Shown: positions 8,901 to 18,629, counted from the stretch's first letter. The stretch is DNA of 28,712 bases from a virus (IMGVR_UViG_3300044453_000024:1-28712), one strand, 5' to 3'. Program-made: numbers and translations. Notes: generated by a model not told the origin, from the sequence alone.

Positions 8901-10153
8901 TGCGCTGGGTCGAGGGCCCCATGCTCGAGGACATCCTCTGCGAACTCACGGACCCGCATCTGCATCGGGGGCAGCTCGACGCCGGCCATCGGCTCCGGGT
9001 CAACTAGGCGCGATACAGTGCGGTAGCGGGCAGCTTCGTCACGGAGGCCCTTGGCCTTGTTTCGCAGGCGTGTCAAGGCACCGCGCTTGCCTCGAGGGGC
9101 TTCCTCCAGGGTGCCGTACTTCTCGATGAGCTCGGCTTCCTTAGCGGCAGCTTGTGCTTCGACTTCGGCGGCCTTGGCTTCAGCTTTCTGTGAGCGTTCC
9201 TGAGATGGACTCAGCTTCGGCTCATCAACGGCGGCATCGACAGCGTCATCGGCTGCAGTGGCCGCCTCATCAGCCGCAGTAGCTGCATCATCAGTCGCAT
9301 CCAGGACCGAGTCCGCGCCTTCCTCGGGCGCATCGGTGCGGAACTCCGGGCCCGTGGTCGCAGCAACACCATCCTCGGCGTCCTGGGCGAGCTTGGCCTC
9401 GTTCTCCTCGATGAGCTGCCGCTTCTCGGCGTTGGTGTACCGAGGGTCGTTCAGGATCTTGGTCCGGCGCCCGATGCCCTTCAGCACCTTGAACACCGAG
9501 TCCACCATCACGCCAAGACCCGCGCCCTCGAGCACGTTCTTCAGCCGGCTGGCGACGGGACTATCATCGTCGTCCTGGGCCAGGAACTCGAGGAGCATGT
9601 TGTCATCGAGCCCCGGGATCTCCTGGAGCATGTTGGACAGCCGCTGCTCGTCATCTGCGAAGACCAGGAAGTCCGCAAGAGCTCCACTGGCCATCGTCTG
9701 GCCGTACTGGCGAGCCTTGACGGCCTTGGTCGACAGACCGGCCCTGCGGAGGATCTCCTCGGTCTTGACGACCTTGGTAGCCGTGGAGGCCTTGCCGGCG
9801 ATCTTGGCAGCACGGCCAACGGCCGTTAGGCGCCCAGCAGCGCCAGCAACGGGGACGAAGCCCGAGAGGAATTGGACTGTACCCTCGAGCAGGCTGCCGG
9901 GGATCGTGTGGCTGTGACCCAGTCCGAAGTTGTCGGGGAGGTCATAGTCGATCCCAGGCAGGATCGTAGGGATCTCGAGGATGGACTCGGCCGCTCCGGC
10001 CAGGCCTCTGCCGACGCCCTTGATCGAGTCAACGAACCAGCCGTCGTCGTTTCCGGCCTCGGGCTCGAAAGGATCACCAGGCCTCAGACCCGTCGAGCCC
10101 TGGAGTGCGTTGGTGCCCTGGTAGGGATCGTAGGTCCAGTTGATGTTTGCCAT
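5918..10153 (-). CDS. Internal virion (ejectosome) protein D, gp16-like
   Basis: 1411 aa helical protein in the gp16 position; C-terminal motifs PSRALMATDEFFKQ, PFIRTPLNI, ITGAGP, GWQPYS, YQKMDPF that I recall from gp16-like proteins of T7-like podoviruses. Confidence 0.85.
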   Translation of the reverse strand: MANINWTYDPYQGTNALQGSTGLRPGDPFEPEAGNDDGWFVDSIKGVGRGLAGAAESILEIPTILPGIDYDLPDNFGLGHSHTIPGSLLEGTVQFLSGFVPVAGAAGRLTAVGRAAKIAGKASTATKVVKTEEILRRAGLSTKAVKARQYGQTMASGALADFLVFADDEQRLSNMLQEIPGLDDNMLLEFLAQDDDDSPVASRLKNVLEGAGLGVMVDSVFKVLKGIGRRTKILNDPRYTNAEKRQLIEENEAKLAQDAEDGVAATTGPEFRTDAPEEGADSVLDATDDAATAADEAATAADDAVDAAVDEPKLSPSQERSQKAEAKAAEVEAQAAAKEAELIEKYGTLEEAPRGKRGALTRLRNKAKGLRDEAARYRTVSRLVDPEPMAGVELPPMQMRVREFAEDVLEHGALDPAQTARAVDALTEALDNGSDALESLTGVVNTATLGTSANRKLAIIYASSKSAADNAVDHRGLPLPKEEIGKNPTVDRPRGKKAKVSFEEASVEEAGTRMWAQMLGRKPSEIIPWMKATAEQIGEASLNAMGFLKYVDRHLDDMHQLYRAAKGDQAALRNVGLTETQALDAFGTAYREASELFRGFGAIRREFGRGLYRLRFKASKILTPEMMEAKIKDMGGRDWLLRQGDELFEARRTAGEKNNMVALHRLQKFDARARRTFILNEYFVNFILSSIRTLSTNTIGNAAVTLYNPIETMLGARLAQGIQTLRGKNAGAYAAEAKRAMDQLMSLHVQFSESLDWARKAWKKKDYILDPDSAVHDLPRSMKEAVTAENVREAYGGIPGLGRPFRNISEDDKGLGSGIEWFGNFLRLPSRALMATDEFFKQWNYRSSVTADLMFEGRKKLKDGEIEDLDTFVREELDAMTQRGQALTERNLRIEADRRFSPDDPKYNHALGVEEMDADKKAWLKEQWGDPEVLNRGEVAGRALEKARHATFTNELRADNGLLSSVGLHMQQFGNAHPLFRLFVPFIRTPLNILIYSGRRIAFPMINRDMHAAGEYLLKRRLGNVELDKLKYKFARELMSGDPTVIANAYGRATAAIGFTSLFAGLALNGMITGAGPRDKERRALMKAEGWQPYSLKVGDTYVSYQKMDPFATILGFYADFADAAKYASEEDMRNNEAIMLAGMISILHNIESKSYLQGLVQISGLIQRPETAISKTAGRLGAALTTPSILASLRDVTDPTMTEARGILDQMLARVPLLGSAALDPQRTVLGEVVDRRNFEGAAAVAAGSANVILPLLINRTSDDLVTKELAVLAYPFSLPQKQRYATDLTEYENSKGQSAYDRWLELSGEVKLSDGKGNSRTLRQTLRRLIQSKDYQSLPVDGVSELDADSPRVRSIKRVISRYRAVALQQMLNEFPEVRALARNQLVANEALKRGVSTDSIRAELFPLE

Positions 10154-13100
10154 TACTGCTTGTTCAGGCGCTCCAGGTCTGCATAGAACTTCCGCTCTGC
10201 CTTGAGCACGCGGCGGGTAGCGGGGGAGAAGAACCGCTCGTCGGCGTCAGAGAACGGCACCTTCTTGGAGTTCTGCACAGCCTTCGAGGGGGTGGCTCCT
10301 CCATACAGAATGGCCTCGTACAGGCCCTTGTTCCGCATCTGCAGACGAGGGTAGTCGCCGTAGTCCCTGTCGAGCCCGTACTGCTGGCCGGCCATGCTCT
10401 CGACGCGGGCCTGCATCATCTGCTCGAGCATTGAGACGTACTTCTCTCCGTGGGTCGTACTGTCCGTGGCACTCACAGGCGCATTCGGCATGATGCCGAG
10501 GTACTCCATGACGAACCCTAGATCCGTAGAACTCGGGTCGTCTGCCTCACGGTACTCACGGACGTAATTGGAGAACTCCGTGGGGTTCTGCGGGCCGATC
10601 AGCATCACAGAGAGGGGCCACATAGAGCGGTCCTCGGGCAAGAACTGATTCAGCTCGATGCCTTCTCGAGTACGCCCCAGTCGCAGCTCGCCCACGGTCA
10701 GACCCTTGTTGATCTTTGCTGCCGTGTACTTCATCCGCACCGCTTCGGGGTTGTCCGCGTAGGCATTGAAGTCGACACCGATGTCCGACATGAAGTCGCC
10801 GTTGTCGTACCAGTCCGTAGGCTGCTTGGCATCCGGGTCCAGCATCAAGTTGGACGCATAGATCAGGACCATGTCGTTGGGCGAGGGATACCAGCGATCC
10901 AGACTGTGCTCTGTCGGGTGAAACGCCCCGGGATCCAAGCCACGCACGGTTCCATGACTGTGGATGTTCTTGAATTGCTCTCGGAACGTGGCGCTCTTCT
11001 TGAGGCCCCCGTCGCGCTCGTTACTCAGCCACAAGTACTGGGTGCCCGCGGCCCAATCGTCCATCTGGGCTTCAAGTCCTGCCAGACGAGTAGCCCCGAG
11101 GCGTTCAGCGTCAACCAAGTCCAGCGGGCCAAAGCCGCCGATGATCTTCTCGGACTTCTGCACCTGGACGGCCGTAGCCCGAGCCTGCCCATCGGTCTCT
11201 GCATCGCTCTCGAGAGGCTCTGGCGTCCCCGGGATGGCCGGAGGAGCCGGAGGGGGCGTAGTGGCTCCTGCGCCGTACCGCTCGATGACATCGCGGAGCT
11301 TGGGGATTACTAGGCCGCTGTTCGCTGAATCATTGAACCCGAGGATCAGGGCGTCCTGGATGAATTCATTCCGCCTGCTGATGTCGGTGACCCCCAAGTT
11401 GTCCAGGTGGTCGCTCAGGATGCGGATGTAGGGCTGGACGGCTCGCTTGATCTCGATCTGCGCTTCGGCCTGCCGAGCTGCTGCTCCTTCAATCGGGATA
11501 CCGCGCCGCGACTGGCTCGGGTCTGCCGTGTTGATCTCATCCCTCGTCAGGGGAATCAGTTGATCAATCTCAGAATCCACGATGGTGCGAACTGAGGACA
11601 GGCCCTTGTCGTACAGGAGCCCAGGAGCCACTCGGTAGTTGCGGTCCTTCAGGTCCAGGATGTCCTGGCGCTGCTTGAACTCGCGCTCCAGTGTCTTGGC
11701 GATCTTGCGGCGCTCGTCAGGGTCGTCGACTCCCGTAGAGCGAGCTCGGAGCTCCTCCAGAAAGTCCAGCTCGAGCTCTTCGATCAGGGCCTGGTCCCCA
11801 GGGGAGTACTGCCCCCGCTCGCCCTGAGGGACCACTTGGCCGAAGGCTACCCGGGCCCGCTCATCGAAGTCCCGGTCACGGAACCCCGCCTCCTCCTTGG
11901 CCTGGTAGGAGGCAACAAGGCCCGCCCACGCGCCCTTCGGCTCAGTGCCGCCAAGGGCCTCCTGGGTCTCCGGGGACTCGAGGAGCGCCATGATCTCAGG
12001 GTTGGCACCTTCGAGCGCGATGCGTGCGTTGAGCTCTGCCAGAAGCTCGGTGCCCTCTTTGGATGTGGGGTAGCCCGTGCCTTCCCTGCGGGATATGAAG
12101 CTCTCTGCGCTGCCCCCGATGAGGGCCTCGAGCTCAGAGGCACTGAGCTTGTTGCTCGACAGCATCTCCTCGAACTGCGCCTGGTTCTCCGGCTGCCGCA
12201 GGACACCGAGGGCTTCCTCGAGGGTCGTGGCGCCGCTGTCCTTCAGGAGCCCGTAGGCCCTCCACTGGGCCTGGTTCCTGACTTCGGGCAGCGTCGACAA
12301 GCCGTCGTCCTTGCCCCTCTGGCGCTCGCGGATCTCGATGTTGCTCTGGATCTCCTCGAAGCGCCCTTGCCAGTAGGCCGTGCCCAGCCCCGGGAGAGTC
12401 TTAGCCCACTCGAGGAACTCCTCGGCCTCGAGCTCGTCCTCGGTGTCCGCTTGCGTGACCCGGGCCATGGTGTCCAGGGCCTCGAAGAGCACCTTGTTCT
12501 TGCTGATGCCCCCGATGAACTGAGGACCCTCGAGGATGTTGACGATGCCTTCCTTGAGCGCCGTCTCTCGAGCAGTGTTGTCCTCGCGGATGCGCTGGTT
12601 CGCCTCTTCTCGTCGGGCAGCCTCGGCCGGCGTCTCGTCGTCACTGGCAGGCCTCTCGCTTACCGAGACATTGAGCCGGCGGTGCTCATCGAACTTGCCC
12701 ATGAGCTCGTCCACGCTCGCTTGCCGCGTCAGGGCGTCCGCTGCAGCCACCTGGCGAGCCTCGACCGTGTTCAGGAACTGGCTCTCCATCGGCGCCGCGG
12801 CCGAGATCACGCCTTCGCGGTAGGCGATGCTCTTGGTGGGGTCCAGCCCCTCGAAGAACTCCTTCCGCCACTCTTCCACCTGCTGACGAGCATCGGAGTT
12901 AGGGTCCGACAGCTCGTCAGCGTGGCTGTAGAGGAAGTCGCGGTAGGTGACTGCGGTGCCGTCCTCGAGCTGGAACCGCTTGTTCTGATTGACCTCCCAG
13001 CGGCCCTGGGCGACCTGGAAGGCCAGTTGGAAGTCCGGGCGAGCGGCGTACCTGAACTCGGAGCCGCCGAAGGCATCCTTGTTCGCCTTGAACCAGGCCT

Positions 13101-13398
13101 CGGCCTCTTTGCCCGTCGACTTGGGGAGAGTAGCGAAGATGCTCGCGTCCCCATCGAACGACTCCATGGCCGCCTGTGCCTCCGCGGCGCTCTTCTCTCG
13201 AGTGTCCTCTTCGATCCCCTTGAGAAAGTCGGAGAGGCCCGGAGAGAGCTCGGAGAGACCCTTGGCCAGGAGCAACCATTCGTTGGTCACCGCCTCTGCC
13301 GGCGGCACTGGGTTCGGCTGGGCAAAGGTGTCGACCGGAGATGCGACAGGCCGAAGGCTCGGCTGCTGCAGTTGGAACTGGATCTTCGGTCGGGCCAT
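10153..13398 (-). CDS. Internal virion protein C, gp15-like
   Basis: 1081 aa, between the gp14- and gp16-like genes; N-terminal LRPVASPVDTF...LAKGLSELSPGL; TAATG coupling at both ends. Assignment mainly by synteny. Confidence 0.75.
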   Translation of the reverse strand: MARPKIQFQLQQPSLRPVASPVDTFAQPNPVPPAEAVTNEWLLLAKGLSELSPGLSDFLKGIEEDTREKSAAEAQAAMESFDGDASIFATLPKSTGKEAEAWFKANKDAFGGSEFRYAARPDFQLAFQVAQGRWEVNQNKRFQLEDGTAVTYRDFLYSHADELSDPNSDARQQVEEWRKEFFEGLDPTKSIAYREGVISAAAPMESQFLNTVEARQVAAADALTRQASVDELMGKFDEHRRLNVSVSERPASDDETPAEAARREEANQRIREDNTARETALKEGIVNILEGPQFIGGISKNKVLFEALDTMARVTQADTEDELEAEEFLEWAKTLPGLGTAYWQGRFEEIQSNIEIRERQRGKDDGLSTLPEVRNQAQWRAYGLLKDSGATTLEEALGVLRQPENQAQFEEMLSSNKLSASELEALIGGSAESFISRREGTGYPTSKEGTELLAELNARIALEGANPEIMALLESPETQEALGGTEPKGAWAGLVASYQAKEEAGFRDRDFDERARVAFGQVVPQGERGQYSPGDQALIEELELDFLEELRARSTGVDDPDERRKIAKTLEREFKQRQDILDLKDRNYRVAPGLLYDKGLSSVRTIVDSEIDQLIPLTRDEINTADPSQSRRGIPIEGAAARQAEAQIEIKRAVQPYIRILSDHLDNLGVTDISRRNEFIQDALILGFNDSANSGLVIPKLRDVIERYGAGATTPPPAPPAIPGTPEPLESDAETDGQARATAVQVQKSEKIIGGFGPLDLVDAERLGATRLAGLEAQMDDWAAGTQYLWLSNERDGGLKKSATFREQFKNIHSHGTVRGLDPGAFHPTEHSLDRWYPSPNDMVLIYASNLMLDPDAKQPTDWYDNGDFMSDIGVDFNAYADNPEAVRMKYTAAKINKGLTVGELRLGRTREGIELNQFLPEDRSMWPLSVMLIGPQNPTEFSNYVREYREADDPSSTDLGFVMEYLGIMPNAPVSATDSTTHGEKYVSMLEQMMQARVESMAGQQYGLDRDYGDYPRLQMRNKGLYEAILYGGATPSKAVQNSKKVPFSDADERFFSPATRRVLKAERKFYADLERLNKQ

Positions 13399-13934
13399 TA
13401 CTTGTTGTAGAAGTTGTATGCCTCGAAGCCTGCAGCAGCCATCTGCATGGCTGCGACAAACGGGGACGGTCCAGCGATGGGGGACCCAATGGCTCCTTGG
13501 ACGCGACTGATCTGTTGAGCTCGGATGCCGTCCATGGAGGAACGGATCTGCTGCTCTTGCCAGGTGAGGTTCGTCGCCCTGCTGGCAGCCCAGTCGCTGT
13601 ACTGGCGACCGATTTCCCTAGTGGTCTCTTCGGCGCTGACTCCAGTGACGCCTCCAGCAGCGGCTGCCACTCGGGTAGCAGCAGCAGCCTGCATGGATCT
13701 CTGAAGGTTCGTCTGCGTTTCCTGGGCAGCGGCCTCACGCACCTGGGACTGCCGGCGCAGCATCCCCATGTACTGGTCGCGAGCTGCTACAGCCGCGGCA
13801 GCCTCAGTCTGCTCGAGGCGCTCCTGCTGGAACTTGGCCTGTGCATCAGCCTGTTGCGCCTGGCCAAGGTACTGAGCCCCGATAGCAAGGGCTTGAAACC
13901 CGATCTGGGCGGCCAAGGGGCCAGGTGCACACAT
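13398..13934 (-). CDS. Internal virion protein B, gp14-like
   Basis: MC-P start, hydrophobic N-terminus, Ala/Gln-rich body, GGVTGVS motif, 178 aa, gp14 position. Confidence 0.8.
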   Translation of the reverse strand: MCAPGPLAAQIGFQALAIGAQYLGQAQQADAQAKFQQERLEQTEAAAAVAARDQYMGMLRRQSQVREAAAQETQTNLQRSMQAAAATRVAAAAGGVTGVSAEETTREIGRQYSDWAASRATNLTWQEQQIRSSMDGIRAQQISRVQGAIGSPIAGPSPFVAAMQMAAAGFEAYNFYNK

Positions 13935-14369
13935 CTAGAAGATCCTCGCGAATTCAATCCAGGGGGAACGACGGCGGATGAACTTGAAGCCCAAGAACTT
14001 CAGCCACTTGTGGTGCAGCTCGTTGTCTTCGTGCACCACGTTCGACAGCGCCTCGTAGCCGTTGGCGATACGCTCGAGCCACTTGTGGCTCTGGCGCAGA
14101 AACGGGGTGCTGATCTCTGCGATCTCATCGGACCCCAGAAGCCATACGTTGCCCATTCCAGGCTCGTCAAAGACGGGCGTAGTTCCGAACATGGCAATGC
14201 ATCGCCCCTGGTGCTCGAGGGTGTAGCAGGGGTCCGAGGCAGCGAGCCCTACCTTGAGGGCAGCACTCGCTTGGATGTTGTGCGCTTCGAGCTCAATCAA
14301 GTCGGCATGCCGGAGCCGCCCCTCCAGGTCGTGGACATCGGACTCCACCGACAAGCGAACGTGGGGCAT
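13935..14369 (-). CDS. gp13-like protein (GNAT-like fold)
   Basis: LRHADLIELEA, AMFG, GNVWLLGS, NVVHEDN...KWLKFLGFKF motifs. ATG 14367-14369 is coupled to the gp12 TGA. Confidence 0.85.
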   Translation of the reverse strand: MPHVRLSVESDVHDLEGRLRHADLIELEAHNIQASAALKVGLAASDPCYTLEHQGRCIAMFGTTPVFDEPGMGNVWLLGSDEIAEISTPFLRQSHKWLERIANGYEALSNVVHEDNELHHKWLKFLGFKFIRRRSPWIEFARIF

Positions 14370-16930
14370 CAGAAGCGACCGTTGAGCGGGATCCGTGAGT
14401 GGTAGAAGGCCTCCCACTCGCACGCAATGAACCTCGAGGGCAACGGGGAGTCGTTCTCGAGCTCGATGGTCACCCGGTTATGCGGGGCCATCACCGGGAA
14501 CTGGTAGTAGGTGCTGTAGAGGGACACTGAGCCCAGTAGGGTCTCGGTCTCGTTCAGCAGGTTCCCGTTCCAGATGTAGGTGCTGGCCGATTCCCCCTTG
14601 GGGGTCACCCGCACCTTGAAGAAGGCGGTGTCCGCAAAGCTGATGCGGCCATAGCGCACCCGGTGGCTGATGCTGCCCACGGGAGACATGCGGTTGCCAC
14701 GGGGCATGTAGAGCTCGGAGAACTGGAACAGCATCGTGTACTGCTCCCCGATGTAGACGGGCATGCTGGTCTTATCCCCAGCCACGGTCACCGAGGTCGT
14801 CGTGGAGGCCGTCACAGGGAAGTCCTGGCCGGCCGAGACGCCACCAGAGGCGCGACTGACGACCTTCATGGTCACCCCCGTGCCCAGGGTGTAGGGCAGA
14901 CTGAAGGTCGTCGTGTTCGCTCCTGCGTCGTAGGAACTACTGACCCCAGTGGTCGCATCGGTGATCCGGCGGTCCAGGTGCACCCGGAAGGCCGCATCGG
15001 CGTCTGCCAGGAACGGCTCGAAATCCATGCGCTCGAGGCTCGTCTGGGTGCCACGGCGCACCACCAGGTACAGGAGCTGGTCGACCCACTCGATGTGCAG
15101 GATCTTGGCATCGGTGCCACCGATGGTGAACTTCGACCAGGCACTCTGCACTCGCTCGCGGCCGTTGATCGACCACTTGTAGATGTAGAGCGTGGTGTCC
15201 CCGGAGGCCTTGAGCACCAGGCACTCCTCGGTGGGGGAGACGGCCATCTGGGTCGTGGTGCCCACGATGTAGCTGGGGGCCTGGCCCGTGATGTCGACAG
15301 CGTCGTACTCGGGCCTGTTGGTGCTCGCATCGAACAGCTCACGCACCGTGGTGTTGGCACCTCGAGTGCCGACGAAGAACACGGAGCTCTCGGCGGCCTG
15401 GGGCTCGGCGGTCGTGGTGCTCTCGAACTCCGAGGCCACATCCACGGAGACGTTGGACGGGGTTAGGGTCCCGTCGCCACCTCCGCTCAGGACGAACTGG
15501 CTGCTCTCCGAGAACAGCACAAGGTTGCCTCGGAGCGGGGCTACATAGTTCAGCAGGTTGACCCTAGTGCTGGCAGCCACCACGGAGATCCGGGCGCTGT
15601 CGAGCAGCGTGGTCACAGTCGTCCTGAAGAAGTTGAAGTACTGCCCCACCTCACTCAGGAGCGCCGTCTCGCCGCTCAGGAGGACCAGGCGGTCCTTGTA
15701 GAACCCCATGCCCCGGATCTTCTCCCCATCGGCGCCGGCACTAGTCTGGAGGAACGCCGGCCTGGGGTTGGTCTCCTGGTCGCCGGCCTCGAGCTCTCCC
15801 CACTTGGGGGCCGTGTAGGGCGCCGTGGTGCCGATGGTCCCACTGAGGGTTGCTCCGCTGACCTGAGTCCACAGGAAGTCCCCGTTGCTCAGGCGCACCA
15901 GGAGGTGCGGCATCGTGGTGTAGTCAGCCTTGTACTCGATCCCACCCTTGACTGACTCTTCCCAGGTGCCATCGCCAAAGGCCGCGGCATCCGTGTCCAT
16001 CGTCTCAAACTTGGCGTAGTACGAGGTCGCTCCGGCCACATCCTGCTCCGGCAGGCCGTTGACCTTGATGGTGAATCCGTTGGGCGCAACGGTGGGCAGC
16101 GAGCTAAAGGTCTGCACCGAATCCTTGATCACTTCGACAGCCGAGCTCGCCACGGAGTCGTCGGTGCTGATGTCAAAGTCGGCAGCGTTGTCCCTCTTGA
16201 TCCAGACAGTGCTGCCTACGCGCTCGATGTCGTAGTCCGCAAGGTCCAGGACAGAGCCGGTGTAGCTGATCGTTCCACCTTGAGTGGTGCTGACTGACCC
16301 GCTGGTCAGCCCCTGCTTCAGCATGTCCGCGATGTAGTCCGTCTGGATGCCATCGGCATCAGATGCGGAGGACGCATCGGGGGTAATGAAGGTGACCTTG
16401 CGGCTGTCGACCTCGAGGATGTACTTGCTCGAGTAGTTCCCCTGCTTCACAAAGACCAAGGACTCGTAGCCCCGGTCAGCCGAGGTAGCCGAGTCCATTA
16501 GCGGCTGCTTGGCCTTGTTGACCACGATGGTCGCGTCGGCAATCGTCAGGAACTCGAGGTCGCCTTCGGGGTCAGTGGTCTCGAGGTAGTCGAAGTCCCC
16601 CGCTGCCCCGTAGGCCGCTACGTCGCCGTTGATGTCGTAAACAGTCTGGGATGATCCATCCGACAAGTCGTACACCCGGAGAGCCTTGCTCTCGACGGCG
16701 ACCACATATCGCTCCGTGTCGTCACGGTTGATCGTGTGGTAGCCCACGGCGCCCGTAGGGGCGCTCGTCAGGGTGCCTAGGTGCTCCGTGGGGGGCCGCT
16801 TTCGCAGGCCCTCGACCACGGTGCCCAGGGCGTTCTCCTGGACCTCACACTGCGTGGGGAACCGCTTGATCGGCGGCTGCTGGCTGACTCCCCCGACTAG
16901 GTTCTCGTTGGAGTGAGCGATCAGGGCCAT
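14369..16930 (-). CDS. Tail tubular protein B (nozzle, gp12-like)
   Basis: NLVGGVSQQP, GLRKRPPT, HTINRDDTERY, TMPHLLVR, FYKDRLVLLS, YFNFFRTTV, QSAWSKF motifs; 853 aa. Confidence 0.96.
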   Translation of the reverse strand: MALIAHSNENLVGGVSQQPPIKRFPTQCEVQENALGTVVEGLRKRPPTEHLGTLTSAPTGAVGYHTINRDDTERYVVAVESKALRVYDLSDGSSQTVYDINGDVAAYGAAGDFDYLETTDPEGDLEFLTIADATIVVNKAKQPLMDSATSADRGYESLVFVKQGNYSSKYILEVDSRKVTFITPDASSASDADGIQTDYIADMLKQGLTSGSVSTTQGGTISYTGSVLDLADYDIERVGSTVWIKRDNAADFDISTDDSVASSAVEVIKDSVQTFSSLPTVAPNGFTIKVNGLPEQDVAGATSYYAKFETMDTDAAAFGDGTWEESVKGGIEYKADYTTMPHLLVRLSNGDFLWTQVSGATLSGTIGTTAPYTAPKWGELEAGDQETNPRPAFLQTSAGADGEKIRGMGFYKDRLVLLSGETALLSEVGQYFNFFRTTVTTLLDSARISVVAASTRVNLLNYVAPLRGNLVLFSESSQFVLSGGGDGTLTPSNVSVDVASEFESTTTAEPQAAESSVFFVGTRGANTTVRELFDASTNRPEYDAVDITGQAPSYIVGTTTQMAVSPTEECLVLKASGDTTLYIYKWSINGRERVQSAWSKFTIGGTDAKILHIEWVDQLLYLVVRRGTQTSLERMDFEPFLADADAAFRVHLDRRITDATTGVSSSYDAGANTTTFSLPYTLGTGVTMKVVSRASGGVSAGQDFPVTASTTTSVTVAGDKTSMPVYIGEQYTMLFQFSELYMPRGNRMSPVGSISHRVRYGRISFADTAFFKVRVTPKGESASTYIWNGNLLNETETLLGSVSLYSTYYQFPVMAPHNRVTIELENDSPLPSRFIACEWEAFYHSRIPLNGRF

Positions 16931-17526
16931 CAGCTACTAAGGCGGCTCGAGACGCTGGGGCGGTTGACCACGCGATACACCGAGAAGTTGCCGGTGAGCA
17001 TGTTGTGATCAGCGGTGTCGCCTTCGGCGTCCTTCAGGTCCGTGAGCGCCTGGTACTCGTCCTGCATGTTGTAGGTGTGCTGCGGGCCGTACCCGACGAC
17101 CCTGTCAGCGAACACGCGAGTCGAGCGGATCAGGATGTACCGGCGGGCCACCTCGGGGAGCTCGGACCAGTCCAGGCTGTAGATCACATCCGCCGTCACC
17201 TCATCGGTGATGGTGTAGGTGTGGTTCTTCCTGTCGTAGAGCTTGGTGCCCCGCTGGACGAGGTCCAGGTCGGTGTTCTTCCCGGGCGAAGCATCAATGC
17301 GAAGCACGTTCTCGCCCAGGGTGATCTGGCTGTCGGACGGGGTCAGCGTGACCTCCGTCTCGTAGTTGAAGGCCCAACCCTGCGAGAGCACAGCTCGCCG
17401 GGTCTCCTTCAGGATGTTCTGCGCCATGGCCACCTCTGCGCCACCAGAGAGGCTGCTGGTCGGTGAGGAGCCGACAGCCGAGAGCATGATGTTTACGGCC
17501 TCGAGCTCGGTGGTGAAGTTCGCCAT
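16930..17526 (-). CDS. Tail tubular protein A (gatekeeper, gp11-like)
   Basis: TELEAVNIMLSAVG, QGWAFNYE, RGTKLYDR, ELPEVARRYI motifs; GAGGAG RBS. Confidence 0.96.
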   Translation of the reverse strand: MANFTTELEAVNIMLSAVGSSPTSSLSGGAEVAMAQNILKETRRAVLSQGWAFNYETEVTLTPSDSQITLGENVLRIDASPGKNTDLDLVQRGTKLYDRKNHTYTITDEVTADVIYSLDWSELPEVARRYILIRSTRVFADRVVGYGPQHTYNMQDEYQALTDLKDAEGDTADHNMLTGNFSVYRVVNRPSVSSRLSS

Positions 17527-17542
17527 GGACTCCTCAGTAGGT

Positions 17543-17583
17543 GGGAAGAGGCCGGGTGCCCCTCAAGGAAGGAACACCCGGCC
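17543..17583 (-). terminator. Putative terminator/attenuator hairpin after the capsid gene (T-phi position)
   Basis: Minus strand GGCCGGGTGTTCCT-tccttg-AGGGGCACCCGGCC, a 14-bp stem with two G-U pairs, followed by only a weak pyrimidine tail (TCTTCCC). A second small hairpin lies at 17598-17615. Confidence 0.6.
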
Positions 17584-17621
17584 AGAAGCATCACATAGGT
17601 GGGTCTACGCCCACCCATGAA

Positions 17622-18629
17622 TCACGCGGTCTTGATGACGGCGCAGGCCTCGGGGCGCAGGTAGTTGAAGCCACACGCGAGCTTCGCGACCATCAGGTGC
17701 GCGAGACGCTCGAGCAGGTACTCCGACTGCACCGAGAGGTCGGCCATCTTGACGCCGCCAACGCCGGAACGGTGGAAGCCGATGGCCGCCACGTTGCTCC
17801 AGTCTCCGTTGTAGCCAACACCGCTGCCACCGAAGACATCGTTGCGAGCACCGGAGTCAGTGGCCGCGCTCAGGTCGCCAGAGCCCATGTTGTTGGTCAT
17901 GACGATCTGGATGCCGGCGATCCGCATGATCTGTCCGCTGGACAGAGCATCGGTGTTGCCAACGTAGTCCCGGCTGATCAGCTTGGAGTCCATCTCCATG
18001 AGGCTGTAGTAGGCCGCCGGAGTCAGGCAGACGTACCGAGAGCCATCGTTGGGCACATCGTTCTCATCGAACTTCTGCGCGATCTCCTGGATGGACTCGA
18101 TGAGGCTCTCGTTGTTGGTGAGAGCGTCCGCGTCCGTGATGGACACCGGAGCACCCGTGACGCCCGAGATGGTCTCGGAGGCACTGGCGCCAGCGTAGAT
18201 CGTGGCGAGGATGTGCTCGTCCACCGACTTGGCGAGGGCCCGTCCGATGGCCGAGGTGTACTCGGATCGAACGTCCCAGTGCACCTTCATCGTCTCCAGG
18301 TCATCGACGAGCACGCTCGAGGTGAGCATGTCATCGATGAAGATCTCCTTCTCCTGAAGGGCGATCTGAGAGTTGTAGGCGTTGGCCGGGGTCTCACCGT
18401 CCGTGTCCGTGATCAGGCTCTCGCCCGGGGTGTGCCAGCGCGAGGCTGCCGTACCGATGACGGGGAAGGTGGCGGACTTGCCGTTGCTGATGGTCCGCTG
18501 CTGAATCAGCGGGAGGAACTTGTTGTTCTCCTGGAACGTAGCGAGGGTCTCGCCCGCCCAGAGCCGGAGGAAACCCTCCTGCGAGTCGTCAGCGCCACCA
18601 GAGAGCTGACCGAGTTGAGTGTAAGCCAC
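17622..18629 (-). CDS. Major capsid protein (gp10-like)
   Basis: FLRLWAGETLATF, RTISNGKSATFPVIG, IDDML, DVRSEY...IGRALA, LRPEAC motifs; GTG start with AAGGAG RBS. Confidence 0.97.
   Translation of the reverse strand: MAYTQLGQLSGGADDSQEGFLRLWAGETLATFQENNKFLPLIQQRTISNGKSATFPVIGTAASRWHTPGESLITDTDGETPANAYNSQIALQEKEIFIDDMLTSSVLVDDLETMKVHWDVRSEYTSAIGRALAKSVDEHILATIYAGASASETISGVTGAPVSITDADALTNNESLIESIQEIAQKFDENDVPNDGSRYVCLTPAAYYSLMEMDSKLISRDYVGNTDALSSGQIMRIAGIQIVMTNNMGSGDLSAATDSGARNDVFGGSGVGYNGDWSNVAAIGFHRSGVGGVKMADLSVQSEYLLERLAHLMVAKLACGFNYLRPEACAVIKTA

Noticed and set aside
17590-17660. Possible gp10A/10B-type frameshift extension of the capsid protein
   Set aside because: No slippery sequence is evident near the stop, and the short downstream gap is occupied by hairpins.
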